DNA of 64,000 nucleotides from the human T2T-CHM13v2.0 reference genome, Homo sapiens: NCBI GenBank assembly GCA_009914755.4, contig CP068257.2, positions 23,424,001 to 23,488,000 of the forward strand, read 5' to 3'. Shown piece by piece: positions 52,991 to 64,000 of this stretch (position 1 is its first letter; each line of letters starts with the position of its first letter). The notes under the pieces were generated by a model. It saw only the letters and a program-made list of their open reading frames with translations, ran no database searches and was not told where the DNA came from. The position numbers and the translations under genes were made by a program.

Positions 52991-54512
52991 TAATCATGAG
53001 ACAATTTCCAAAATAAAAACATATTACTTTTACCTTGAAAGATAAGCACACACAGAGAGACACTCATTCCCACAACTCTAGCTTACTGGATATGGCAAAG
53101 ATTATGGCATGTAGATATATGGAAAAAGATTTTGTTATGGCTGTTATGGTTTAGCATTTGGGTGCCCTGAGTGAGACAAGATGGTGATCTTGTACCAGCC
53201 AGTGCTTCTCACCTCTAGGCTCTGATCTAAAAGTGTTGCTTCCAGGTGTTTGAGAAACCATTTAGTAATAAACCTAAACTACAGACTGTAATGAAAAGGT
53301 CATGTTGTTGCAGAAAGGGATAGTGGAACTCAACTGCCTAGTATGCTTACTTTCAACTAGGTCATCTTTTTTTGTCCTTTCTTTCATTTTGTTTACTTGA
53401 GGTGCATGTTGCACCTAATTTCTGAGTTTTGCCACTTCTCTAAGGTGACTAATCATGGGTCTCCTGGTCATCCCCTCTGAAGACACTGAGGCTTCCATTT
53501 TAGCCATGGCCACTATTCACTAAGCCAAGATCTATCTTCAAAATGGTTTGTTGTCTCTTGACTGCTGTTTCATACTCTTTGTCCTTGTAGGCTTGATATT
53601 AAAATTTCCTCTACTCTCCACTTAATAGGGTCTGAAAAGAAAAGAGAAGCCAAATTCAAATATTTAAGTGACTGTACAAGCTCACCCCATTCTTCCACAT
53701 ATTCCATTCCAACTTTTGTTCCACTGTGTCCTCACTTGCCAAGATCACCAACAAATTCAAGGCTGCTAACTCTGTGGTGTGTATTTCTATCCTTGCCTCA
53801 CTTGTCTTCTCATTGAATACAGTTGACTACTACCTTTTTTGTGGAAACATGTCTCTCTTTGAGCTCTGGTAGCATCACTCAACCCATGTTTTTCTTTTAC
53901 ATCTCTGCTCTTGGTCATGCTCCCTGATGGCTCTATAAGGAGAGAAGAATCAGCAGATGCAATAATCAAAATAATCAACTCAAGGGAGCTTAGTTATGTT
54001 TTAACCAATGAAAGATGTAAGAGAAGTAAAAAAATACAAAAAGATAAAGACAATGTGTAAACAAAATTGTCAAATTTGTCAAATGGAAAGCAGGATATGG
54101 TTGTTTAGAAATATCCAATTGTTGACTGGCTTTTTTTTAAGTGTCGTATATTTTACTCCCTCATTCTGAATGAAGTCATTGCTTTTTGGTTCTTTCACTT
54201 GGACTCTTAGTGGCAATTTTGAGTTTTTGTCCAAAATGTCTTTCTTTCACACTCACTCAAAAATAATAGTTAACTAGAAGTACAATGGTAAGTTACTTTT
54301 GATTAGCGTTGTAAATATAGTTCACTGGCTTCTGTTGTTGTTTTTAAGAAAACTGATGTTAGTTTTAATTTTTTTATCTTTTAAGTAATATATTTTTATT
54401 TTCTTATGGCTTTAAGACACTACCATTGTCTTTGGTGACTGAAAAAAATGTGGATGTTATAATCCATTAAAAGTTTGAAAACCTGAAAAACAATGTTTTA
54501 TATTGTTTGTGA

Positions 54513-54842
<330 letters not shown>

Positions 54843-56137
54843 CCATTTGATCTTTATGTAGTGGTGTACTACCTTCTAAGCAGTGAGTGATAAAGCAGGT
54901 AATAGCATTGTGGTCCTGGCTGGTAGGTCTATTTCAGTCAAGACTTTAGCATGGTTAAGTTTAACAGCCTGCTCACCTAAGGAAAAATTTGCAAGAGTTG
55001 AACGTGATGTCAGAGTCCCATTCAAGGAAGCTATAATAAACAAAGGTACACAACTGAGATGTTGGCAAGGAAAGTGTTATAAAGGAGAGGTCTCAGTGAA
55101 AAATATTTATTACCTACTACGCACCAAGCATCCTCCCAGAACCAGGGATAAATATATGAAAACAACAATTCCCATGCTCATATGAAGCTTCTGTTCTCTG
55201 ATGTTAGAGGTGGAAGCAACAATAAACAACATCATAGAAAGATGTTGTGTGGTCATAAATTAGGGCAGAAATAAGGAAGAAAATAAGGGAGGATAAGAGA
55301 GAGAGGTTTGGACAGTGTAATGATGGCAGGACGTGGGGACTATTTTAATGCAGCAGACAGCCCCTTGAGCATAATTTGAAGGGAACAGGGGACAAGCCCT
55401 GCAGACAACTGAGAGAAAATATTTTCAGCAGAGGAGCTGACAAGCACAAATCTCATGAGAGGGTTGTGTGCTTGCTATGTTTGAGAATGACAAGGAGCCC
55501 AGGATGGGAGAAGAAAAAAAGAGAGAGAATGGTAAGAAAGGCGATCAGGTAGTTGGAAATAGTGGCGGTAGGGGTGGGGAGGGAAGTTGAACAGCAGTGG
55601 TGCAAATGAAGTAGGGCTTTTAAGTGTGAAAAGAAAACGTCAGAAAAATTAAATTTGATGGAGTTTAACTGAGTTAAAAAAGAAGAAACGATTTGTGAAG
55701 CAGGCAGCCTCCAGAATCACAGCAGATTCACAGAGACTCCCGGGATGCCTAGTGGTCAGAACAAATTTACAGACAAAAAAAGTAAAGTGACATACAGGAA
55801 TCAGAAGTGAGGTACAGAAACAGCTGGATTGGTTACAGGTTGGCGTTTGCTTTATTTGAGCACAACTTGAACAGTCAGCAGTCTATGAGTGGTTGAAGAA
55901 TGGCCACTGGGATTGGCCAAGACTCAGCTATTGTTACAGGCAAATACTCCTACGTTAGGTTGTCAATCTTGTCTGCCTATTAAGCTAAGTTGTAGTTCGC
56001 CCAAAAGGACGCAAATATAGAAATCTGGAGTCCTTCTCAGGCCATATTTAGTTCACTCTAACAGAAGGTATAGTAGAACTTTAGCTTATACTCAAAGAAA
56101 AACCATGGGTGAGTTATTTTGTATTTTGTTTTCTGAC

Positions 56138-56252
56138 ATGGAGTCTCACTATTTTGTCCATGCTGTTCTCGAACTCCTGGGCTCAAGCACTTTTCCCACC
56201 GCATCCTCTTAAGTATCTGGGACTACCTACATGCCACACACTGGTGGTTGAG
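56138..56252 (-). mobile_element. Old Alu/FLAM-like monomer fragment, minus orientation
   Basis: tgacatggagtctcactattttgtccatgctgttctcgaactcctgggctcaagcacttttcccaccgcatcctcttaagtatctgggactacctacatgccacacactggtgg. This is a diverged reverse complement of the Alu left arm. Confidence 0.5.
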
Positions 56253-56919
56253 TTTTAAACAGAGGGGAAAAAAAAAGATCATATTTGTATTTAAAGAATG
56301 ATTATGACTATTGCGTGTAGAGCAAATCAGAAGAATAAAATAATGGAGTCAGGGAAATAACAGGAGCATTGTAACTTAATGAGTCTGTGGTCACCCGGGT
56401 GACTTGCCATAGACACCTCAATCCCACATACACTGAAATTGCTGCATAGGCTGGAATTGACACAACAGCTAAGTAAAACAAAAATTGAGACTAGGAGAAC
56501 TGCAATCTGCTTCTGATGAGAATTGATCTGGAAACTATCAAACAATGTATGGCAAGGGAAGTTGGCTATATAGCAAACCCAGACACCTCCGTTAGGATAA
56601 GTAATAATTCAGTGTGATTTTTCTCCAGCAAAGAGTATCTCCTCCGAATATTTTTCTCCTGGATGCCTAAAGTTGCAAAATAAATAGTTTGTAACTTTCA
56701 TATAAAATTTTGACCTTTCTTTGTAGTTCACTTTTAGAAATCAAATATCCAAAAGAATAGAAAGACATTAAGCTGCCTTTGTTGCGAATGTACTTATATA
56801 ATTATAGAAAGAATGTTTAAACAATTTTTAAAATAAAAAATAAGATAACTCAATTTTAAAGAGGGCAAAAGATTTAAATAAATACTTCACTATAGATGGT
56901 ATATGGATAGCAATTAAAT

Positions 56920-57598
56920 GAATGAAAAGATGTTCAGCATTATTAGTCATTAAAAAATATAAATTAAAACCACAGTCAACTACTACTACATATCTGTTGG
57001 AATGGCTAAAATTAAAATGAATGTCCATACTAAGTTTTAATTAGTAAATAGAATAACTAGAACTCTGATGCACTGCTGATATGAATGTATGATTGTACAA
57101 CTACTTTAGAAAACAAATTGGAATTTTTTCAAAATGTTTAATGTATACTTAATGTATAACCCAACCATTTCACTAAACAGCATTTACCCAATAGAAAGGA
57201 AAGCATATGTTCACAGTATCTTTATGTGAAGCAGAATAAACCCAAGTGTGCATCAGCAGATGAATGGATAAACAATCTGTGGTTTGTTCACACAGTGAGA
57301 TACTACTTAGCAATAAAAATAAATGAGTTCACAAAAGCCACATATTGTATGAATCAATTTATATCAAATGTCCAGAAAAGGTAAATCTATAGATATAAAA
57401 ATTAGATTATTGGTTTCCAGGGTCTATTCAGAAATGACTATGAATGGATATGAAGTTTCTTTTGGAGGCGCTGAAAACTGTTCTAAATCCAGATAGTGTT
57501 GATGCTTGCCCAACTCCGTGAATGTACTATAAAACACTGAATTGAACACTGTAAAAGGGTAAATTTTTTAGTATGTAAATTATTTCAATAAAGGCATT
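56920..57598 (+). mobile_element. L1M-type (L1MA/L1MB-like) LINE 3' end, plus orientation
   Basis: gatgttcagcattattagtcattaaaaaatataaattaaaaccacagtcaactactactacatatctgttggaatggctaaaattaaaa...; gtgcatcagcagatgaatggataaacaatctgtggt...cacacagtgagatactacttagcaataaaaataaatgagttcacaaaagccacatattgtatgaatcaatttatatcaaatgtccagaaaaggtaaatctatagatataaaaattagattattggtttccaggg...gaatggatatgaagtttcttttggaggcgctgaaaactgttctaaatccagatagtgttgatgcttgcccaactccgtgaatgtactataaaacactgaattgaacactgtaaaagggtaaattttttagtatgtaaattatttcaataaa matches the L1M 3' terminus. Confidence 0.8.
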
Positions 57599-57759
57599 AT
57601 TATAAACAAGAAAATAAACTATTGATGTGTACTACATCTTGAATAAAACAAATACAATTTTGCTGAGAAAACAAGCTATATTTTTAAAAAGTGCATACTA
57701 CATGCATTAATTCACATAAAATTATAGAAAGTGCAATCTGTTGTGACAGAAGGTAGAAC

Positions 57760-58020
57760 AGTTCTTGCTTGTGGAAGAGGGGAGCGGATAAAGGCCAGAG
57801 GTGGGAATTACCAAAGGGCACTAGAAAACTTACATGTGTTATGGATATGTTTATTATCTTGATTTTGGTGATAGTTTCATGAGTATACACATAAGTCAAA
57901 GTAATCAAATCATACATTATAAATATGTGCATCTTATAGTATGTCCATTATATCTTGTATTATTGTACAACATAAATTATACATATAAAATACCAAAAGT
58001 ATGTAGACAAACTGATAATT
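57760..58020 (+). mobile_element. Second L1 3' tail fragment (L1MB/L1PB-like)
   Basis: tgttatggatatgtttattatcttgattttggtgatagtttcatgagtatacacataagtcaaagtaatcaaatcatacattataaatatgtgcatc...tattgtacaacataaattatacatat resembles the L1 tail gaggtgatggatgtgttaattagcttgattgtggtaatcatttcacaatgtatacatatatcaaatcatcacattgtacacc. Confidence 0.4.
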
Positions 58021-59940
58021 ATTTTTACTAAGGTTAAGTAATTATTTGTGAACTACTTTTAAAGTGAAGCTGGTGCCATTTGGGGATCAGATGTTTTAAT
58101 TCCTAATTTTAATCCTTGATGATAGAGCGTAAGTGCCCATGTGGACTCTTCCCGGGGGGAGCCCACAAAATAGTCAGAAAAGTACTGGCTCTCTTACATA
58201 GTGCCTGAGTAGTGTACTGCCTTTATAGTTTGCTCAGCTCCTTTCATCTGTAATAGTCCACATGGAAGACAACATAGAACCACTGGAATCCCTAAATGAT
58301 GACTATACAGATGACTCTCAGTAACTCTCTTTGTGCTATAAATACAGTATAAAAATAACTACACTGTGCTTCAATATATTCAGTTGTTGAGTAAAAGCAG
58401 GATAAGGCCTTAAGAGAAATGGATTTCTTGACAGTTAGGGTCCATATTATCAAACTAAAATTAAACAGCAATTTCCCCACAAGCCAATCATGCATTAGGG
58501 AGACCATCACTGTTATAAATTATGTAACAAGGACAGAAAACATGGTTCCAAGAAGGTTCTAAATGCTTCATACTAAATGAAAGTTTAAAATCACTTGAAT
58601 TTTAAGCAGAGTGATATAGACCTGGGGGGTAACAAAGTCGTTTCCAAGTTCTGATCATACACAACTGTTGATAACCAAATGTTTAACATGGGAAATAGAA
58701 GAGTGAAATAAAGGTCTATAGTTGCTTTTATTTACATTGGCCATATTTATCTCACAATAGTTACTTGACTGCCATTGTTTGCATTTGTTTCTACTTTAAA
58801 ATTTTAAAGGAGCAGCAATTGTCTCTTTTTATGATTAGCATCAACCTCTGCATGGGTTTATGAAGAAGATGCATTGCTTTGTTAAGGAAGGATGTATTAC
58901 ATACTGTAAGCTTAGTATTTTACCAGGAAAAAAATAGGGTAAAGAGCCATGTAAGATGTGCTAAACATATGACCTTAAGATGCTATATTAATTTAAAGAA
59001 TGGAGACATGGAGTAAATAATCATTGGTGAAAGTAAGCCCTTTAACTTATTTTAAACTCTGTTATTTATAATTCAGCATTTTTCAATAAGCCTTTAGGAA
59101 GCTTTCACTATTTTGACTATGTCTCTGTTATAATATTAAGAATGGAGGTTCATAGAGTTTTACATAACATTTTTGCAACTATAAGAAATTAAACATTAAT
59201 TATTGATCTGTGAGGTTTAGTTTGACATATCTGTCAAACATATATAATTTGCTTCTTAATAGAATCCAGTTTAATCTCTAATATTTAAATTACAATTTAC
59301 TTTGCCTTTATCGTTGGCTTTTACCTTTCCTATTATTCACATTGTCTCTTTGCTATGTTTGCTCCTCATGTGATGAATTTCTGACCTTTTAAAAAAAGAG
59401 CATACACATTTGCAAATTTCATGATCCAAATAGTCTTTCTGAGATGAGTATTTCACCAGTTTTATAATTTCTCAATTGTAACTGTTAAGCAAATTACAAT
59501 TAACCATCTCCCAGTTTGCTCAACCATGTAAATGCTTGTTATTTTTGTTGATTATATAAAGCAGACTTTTTATTCTTTTGGCAAACAAGATAGAGAGGCT
59601 ATAAACTAAACATCAGAATGGGCCATAAAATTTTTTCTGTTAAATCAATTTCCATTGCTGGCCTCAGAATATACATACAATGTAGCTTAGATATATTTCT
59701 TGAGAACATTATACCAATTTCAATACATTTGCTTTTCTTTAATAAAAAATATGTGACAGTTGTACTGAATTCAACATTCAGCTGGCAGGGATTACCAATC
59801 AGATTCATTCAAAGTGCTCTTGGGGTCAACTTACTTTTCAGGAGCAAATAAATCTAGCAGTGTGTAGCAAGTCTTCATGAAATAAAATTATCATTTTTTA
59901 TCGAGAAACAGTAATAAAAAAAAACTTGTCTGTAAAAACT

Positions 59941-60075
59941 ACTCCTGTAGTCCCAGCTACTCAGGAAGGTAAGGTGGGGGGATGACTTTGAGCACAGGAC
60001 TTTGAGGCTGCAGAGAGCTGTGATCTCGCCGACTGGGCAACAGAGCAAGAGGCTGTCTCTAAAAAAGAAAGAAAT
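59941..60075 (+). mobile_element. Partial Alu (right arm / 3' ~135 bp), plus orientation
   Basis: ctcctgtagtcccagctactcaggaaggtaaggtggggggatgactttgagcacaggactttgaggctgcagagagctgtgatctcgccgactgggcaacagagcaagaggctgtctctaaaaaagaaagaaa. Confidence 0.8.
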
Positions 60076-61848
60076 CCTCACTGGCTGTAGTATAAAAAGT
60101 ATAACATTAAGAGGAACAGCGATGAGCCTGGAAATGGAATCTATGTGGATTTAAAGACATTGGGTAAATCAGGATAAAAAAATTCTAATGCTGGTCTTAA
60201 ATATTTAAAATATTGATTTACTTGATCACATAGCTGCAGAGTTTATCAGCTGTTTCTTAACCAATAGCAAGTTCAATTATTAGTGTCGAATCATCAAGTT
60301 CACTTTCTCTATGGACAAAACAATGGAGAAATCTTTGGAGGTTAAATTCTAGTTCCACGAATTAATTCAGAATATTTGGATAATTTCCAATATTATGTCT
60401 TTGATTTGTGTTGACCAAGGCTAAATTACTCTCCGTTGGTTTATGTCTGCTGGCAGGAAAATTAATTAGAAAACCATAGTCATGGCCATCCCAGTGCCCC
60501 AAATGCCATTCAGAATGTTCCAGAACACTTTTATTAAAAACAGAAAATCTATCAAGTTCAGCCTTACGTGAATAAACCACTTAAGTGTTTAACTCATCTG
60601 TGGATGTCTGATATAATTTGATTTGCAGAGCACATGGGGAAAGGATATAAACAGCAGACACTATGAGCTATAATATATATTTTCTTTCTAATGGGGCATT
60701 AGTTGTCATAACCTTTTGAATGTGTGTTTCTTTATACCCAAGCAGATGTACCTTACCTATCCCAACCATTGAATGTGTATTTCAATTTACTTTTCCTGTA
60801 GGAAAAAAAGATTTGTATTAATCCTGAATTAAACCCCCTGTCAATAAGCAGGGTGTAGAAATGTGGTTAATGGCTGGAGAATATTTAATCCAAGGCCTTA
60901 CACAAACATCTCCTACTGCAATCACTCGAGCTACCTTGGAACTTGATTAAACTATGAAGAAATGAGACCCACAGGTTCTTAACACATCACTACTTCCTGT
61001 CACATCCCACTAACTCAACAGTACATTGGAAATTATGACTTACATTGGTTTCAATTCCACAAGATTATAGGCACTTTTAGGTATTATCAGTAATTCATAT
61101 ATAACTGGAATCACAATTTCCTCACCCAGAGGATGGGTGATGCCAGAGGATTATATCTATATTTTTAAAGGTCTGTATCTTCTATAATCTGTAGATTATG
61201 TTCATATTTAAGAATCTATATTATATCTGCTTTATACTTCCAGGCACTGATGCAGGGAATTAAGATAAACCTCCTGCTGAAGATGATCATCAGGTAAAGA
61301 GAGTTCTTTGATTTTGGTGAAACATTATATAACTGGTCACCAGATTTTTTGGAATGGAGTGCCCTTGGAGCTTTAAAAAAAAAAGAGAAAGTAGAGAACA
61401 TGCTATTAACTTCAGACTAGGGACATTTGAAGTCAAATTTAACCACAAAGTAAATATTTTCTTGGTCTGCAATTAAACATGTTGGCTCTTATTAACATTA
61501 TTGCTTCTTAAAAGGTGTGTGTGTGTATGTTTTCTAAAATTTATTTACTAGAAAATTTTCAGTGGAAAGACAAAGCACATCTACCCTGGCAAAGTAGCCC
61601 ATGGCTGATCAAAATTCAGTTTAAGTAGATTTATAGGTTCCCCACAGTTTCATTGACAACTGAATCATTCTTCTCTCTGGAATGTTACTTTTCTTTTTGA
61701 ATTGTCATGATATCAAGAAGGAATGAATAAGGTGAAATCGCTGCCTGTCAGTAATGAATAGGATTTTTCAAAAGGAGTTTGGAAATTTTCCCTAGACAGT
61801 TGGAAAAATGAGAGGATTGATATTGAAGCAATCAAGTAAGCATTATAT

Positions 61849-61880
61849 GTGTGTATGTGTGTGTGTGTGTGTGTGTGTGT
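61849..61880. repeat. (GT)n microsatellite, ~15 units
   Basis: tgtgtgtatgtgtgtgtgtgtgtgtgtgtgtgt. Confidence 0.9.
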
Positions 61881-63600
61881 ACTTTTTCCTTGTACTATCA
61901 AAAAATGTATGTTTTTATGTTTTCATCCAGTTTCAAATTGTATCTTTCCATATTGAAAGGTCCTCTGTCATCCCCAAGCCTTCAGTCAAGTGTACCATGT
62001 AGTCACAATCCTTGTGTCAATGGAATTCTGGACAATTCACTGATGAGGATATGAAAGGGAGTTTTGAAGCAATGTCCTGGTAGCAGCATCTTGTCAAATG
62101 AATATAGTCTTAGAGACATAGGCAGTTACCAGGTAAAAGAGTTGGAAGCAGAGCTGAGAGCAGTAAGAAGACAAGTCCGGACTGTAAGTGAAACAGACCA
62201 TTTGGTGGAATGAAGCCTTAGAGGCTTGTACAGTGGTAGATAGTAACCTATCAGGAAGATAGAGCAGTTACAAATTAGATATGAAGAACAGTGCCTAAAG
62301 GATAAAGCAAATACTTTGTTCAGATGCTCTATCTTGTTCTTCCCCATTGATTACATCTACGGTGCTGATATCACTGTCTCTTATTATTTCTTTATGTATA
62401 TTCTGGTTCCCAGATTTAGCCACTTTGAATACTCTCAGGTAGAGAAATTAGGAAACATGTCTATAAACAACTTTGCTGTTTCCCTGCACGCTTTCTCCAC
62501 TTTCTTAAGAGTGCTCATTGCGAAGTATTGCTCAAAATTTAGCTACCCTAAGTATGCCCAGTGAATTAAGACTAGGAGGTTTCGTTTGTGAAATCAAATT
62601 GCTCTGTCTTTATATGATCTTTTACCTTTTTATCTTATCAGATAATGTGTTAGCAAAGTGCTGCAATAATGAAATATCAATATGTATTTATGGATCTCAC
62701 TGAGAAACCTTAAATGAACCCAAGCAGTACAAAATGATTTGTATATAGAATGTTCATTGCCTAATCATACTCATAAAGATGAGTGAAGTTTTAATCGATT
62801 AGGTTTATTCGATTCATGAGCCATTTAAAAGTTTGCCTTGTGATATAAAATGCAGAATAAATAATAGTGCACAGATTAGAGGAATTTTCCCAATAAAACT
62901 CAATGGGTTAGTTTGTTGCACAAAAAATAAACTTGAACAGAATGAAAAGAAATATAGTGAGCCATATTCTATTCCTAAAAGCAAATTGTTTTCTAATATG
63001 ATGAAGTTTCAGATGTAGAAATGATAATTCACTGTGCTACTTTTAGGAAAGATATTTGCATTTTGTCATTTACGTTCAGTGGAAGTTGGCAATTGGCATT
63101 GAATTTCCTAATTAATCCATTTTACATGCATTAGAATAAAATGCAATAAGTCTAAGTGTTCTATGAAACATTTATGTGGCAGATCTAATTGGCCACTGGT
63201 GTACCAATTAAATACAGCTTAATACTTCTGGAATAATTACAGCAAATATAGCTTTTAATACATTTTTGGACTTAATGAAAATAACAGAAATATTCAAAGA
63301 CATACAACAAAAAAACACGGCCGATAATTAGAACAAGAAACTTGAAAAGGGGAAAAAAAACAGAGAAGGGACCAGGGTCCCCAGGTAGGTAGCTATGACT
63401 AAGGGACTAAACTATAGATATAGTAAATGTTTGGAGGCTAAGCCTGAGATACCTGCCTTAAACCAAAAACACTGAAAGAAACTAGATAGATCCCAGGAGG
63501 ACAGCAAGCCTCTAGCTCTGACAAACAAAAACTCAAATGCTCCTTGGATGAAAGAAGCATTTTGGCCCTCAAAAATGCTCCAGATTAAGTTCAATTAAAT

Positions 63601-63665
63601 ATGTGTGTGTATATATATATGCACGCACACATATATGTTTATGTATATATGTCTTATATATATGA
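63601..63665. repeat. Compound TG/TA/CA low-complexity repeat
   Basis: atgtgtgtgtatatatatatgcacgcacacatatatgtttatgtatatatgtcttatatatatg. ORF 63601-63825 starts inside it. Confidence 0.8.
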
Positions 63666-64000
63666 TTTTAGACATGCATGGGAGAAAATAAAACACAATA
63701 ATGAGAATGAGAAGGAAAAAATAAAATCAGAAACTTCTACTCTCAGGCCTACTCTATTTGAAATATATCAGCAACAGGCTATGACTATGTATAAAACATC
63801 CAGTAGGCTAAAAGGTGAAACTTAAAAATTCTCAAGGAAGAAGTATCATTAATATTGACCAGATAGATTAAAACAAACGAATTCACAAATATAACAGCAG
63901 AACTTTTAGACAAAAAAAAAAAAAAAACAGTTGATCACAATGAGTTGATTAAACAGCAGTCCCAGGTGAAGATAAAAAATGACAAATGGAAAATGGATTT

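Overview
This window is primate (almost certainly human) nuclear DNA, and I found no novel biological system in it. Most of it is interspersed repeats, and I could not support a single protein-coding exon, RNA gene, CRISPR array or prokaryotic-style operon. The six-frame ORF track is uninformative here: the ORFs I could assign an origin to sit inside Alu, L1 or LTR sequence, or are long only because a short stretch is GC-rich. The basis for the identification is: eight full-length Alu SINEs plus two Alu fragments, several with poly-A/poly-T tails and intact target-site duplications; L1 LINE 3' ends and ORF1/ORF2 remnants; many ERVL-MaLR LTRs, including two solo THE1 LTRs and a full-length MaLR element; a solo LTR17 (HERV-W type) LTR; a Tigger-type DNA transposon with terminal inverted repeats and TA target duplications; AT-rich composition (roughly 36-40% GC by eye) with strong CpG depletion; and several microsatellites. 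The things most worth a second look are: a perfect 20-21 bp hairpin at 12358-12407 carrying two AP-1-like heptamers; an unexplained ~600 bp GC-rich block that replaces the 5' part of an old L1 ORF2 at 26180-26790; two inverted Alu pairs; an LTR17 solo LTR with an internal tandem expansion; and nested mobile-element insertions. Family-level names for the older LTRs are recalled from consensus sequences and should be confirmed with RepeatMasker/Dfam.
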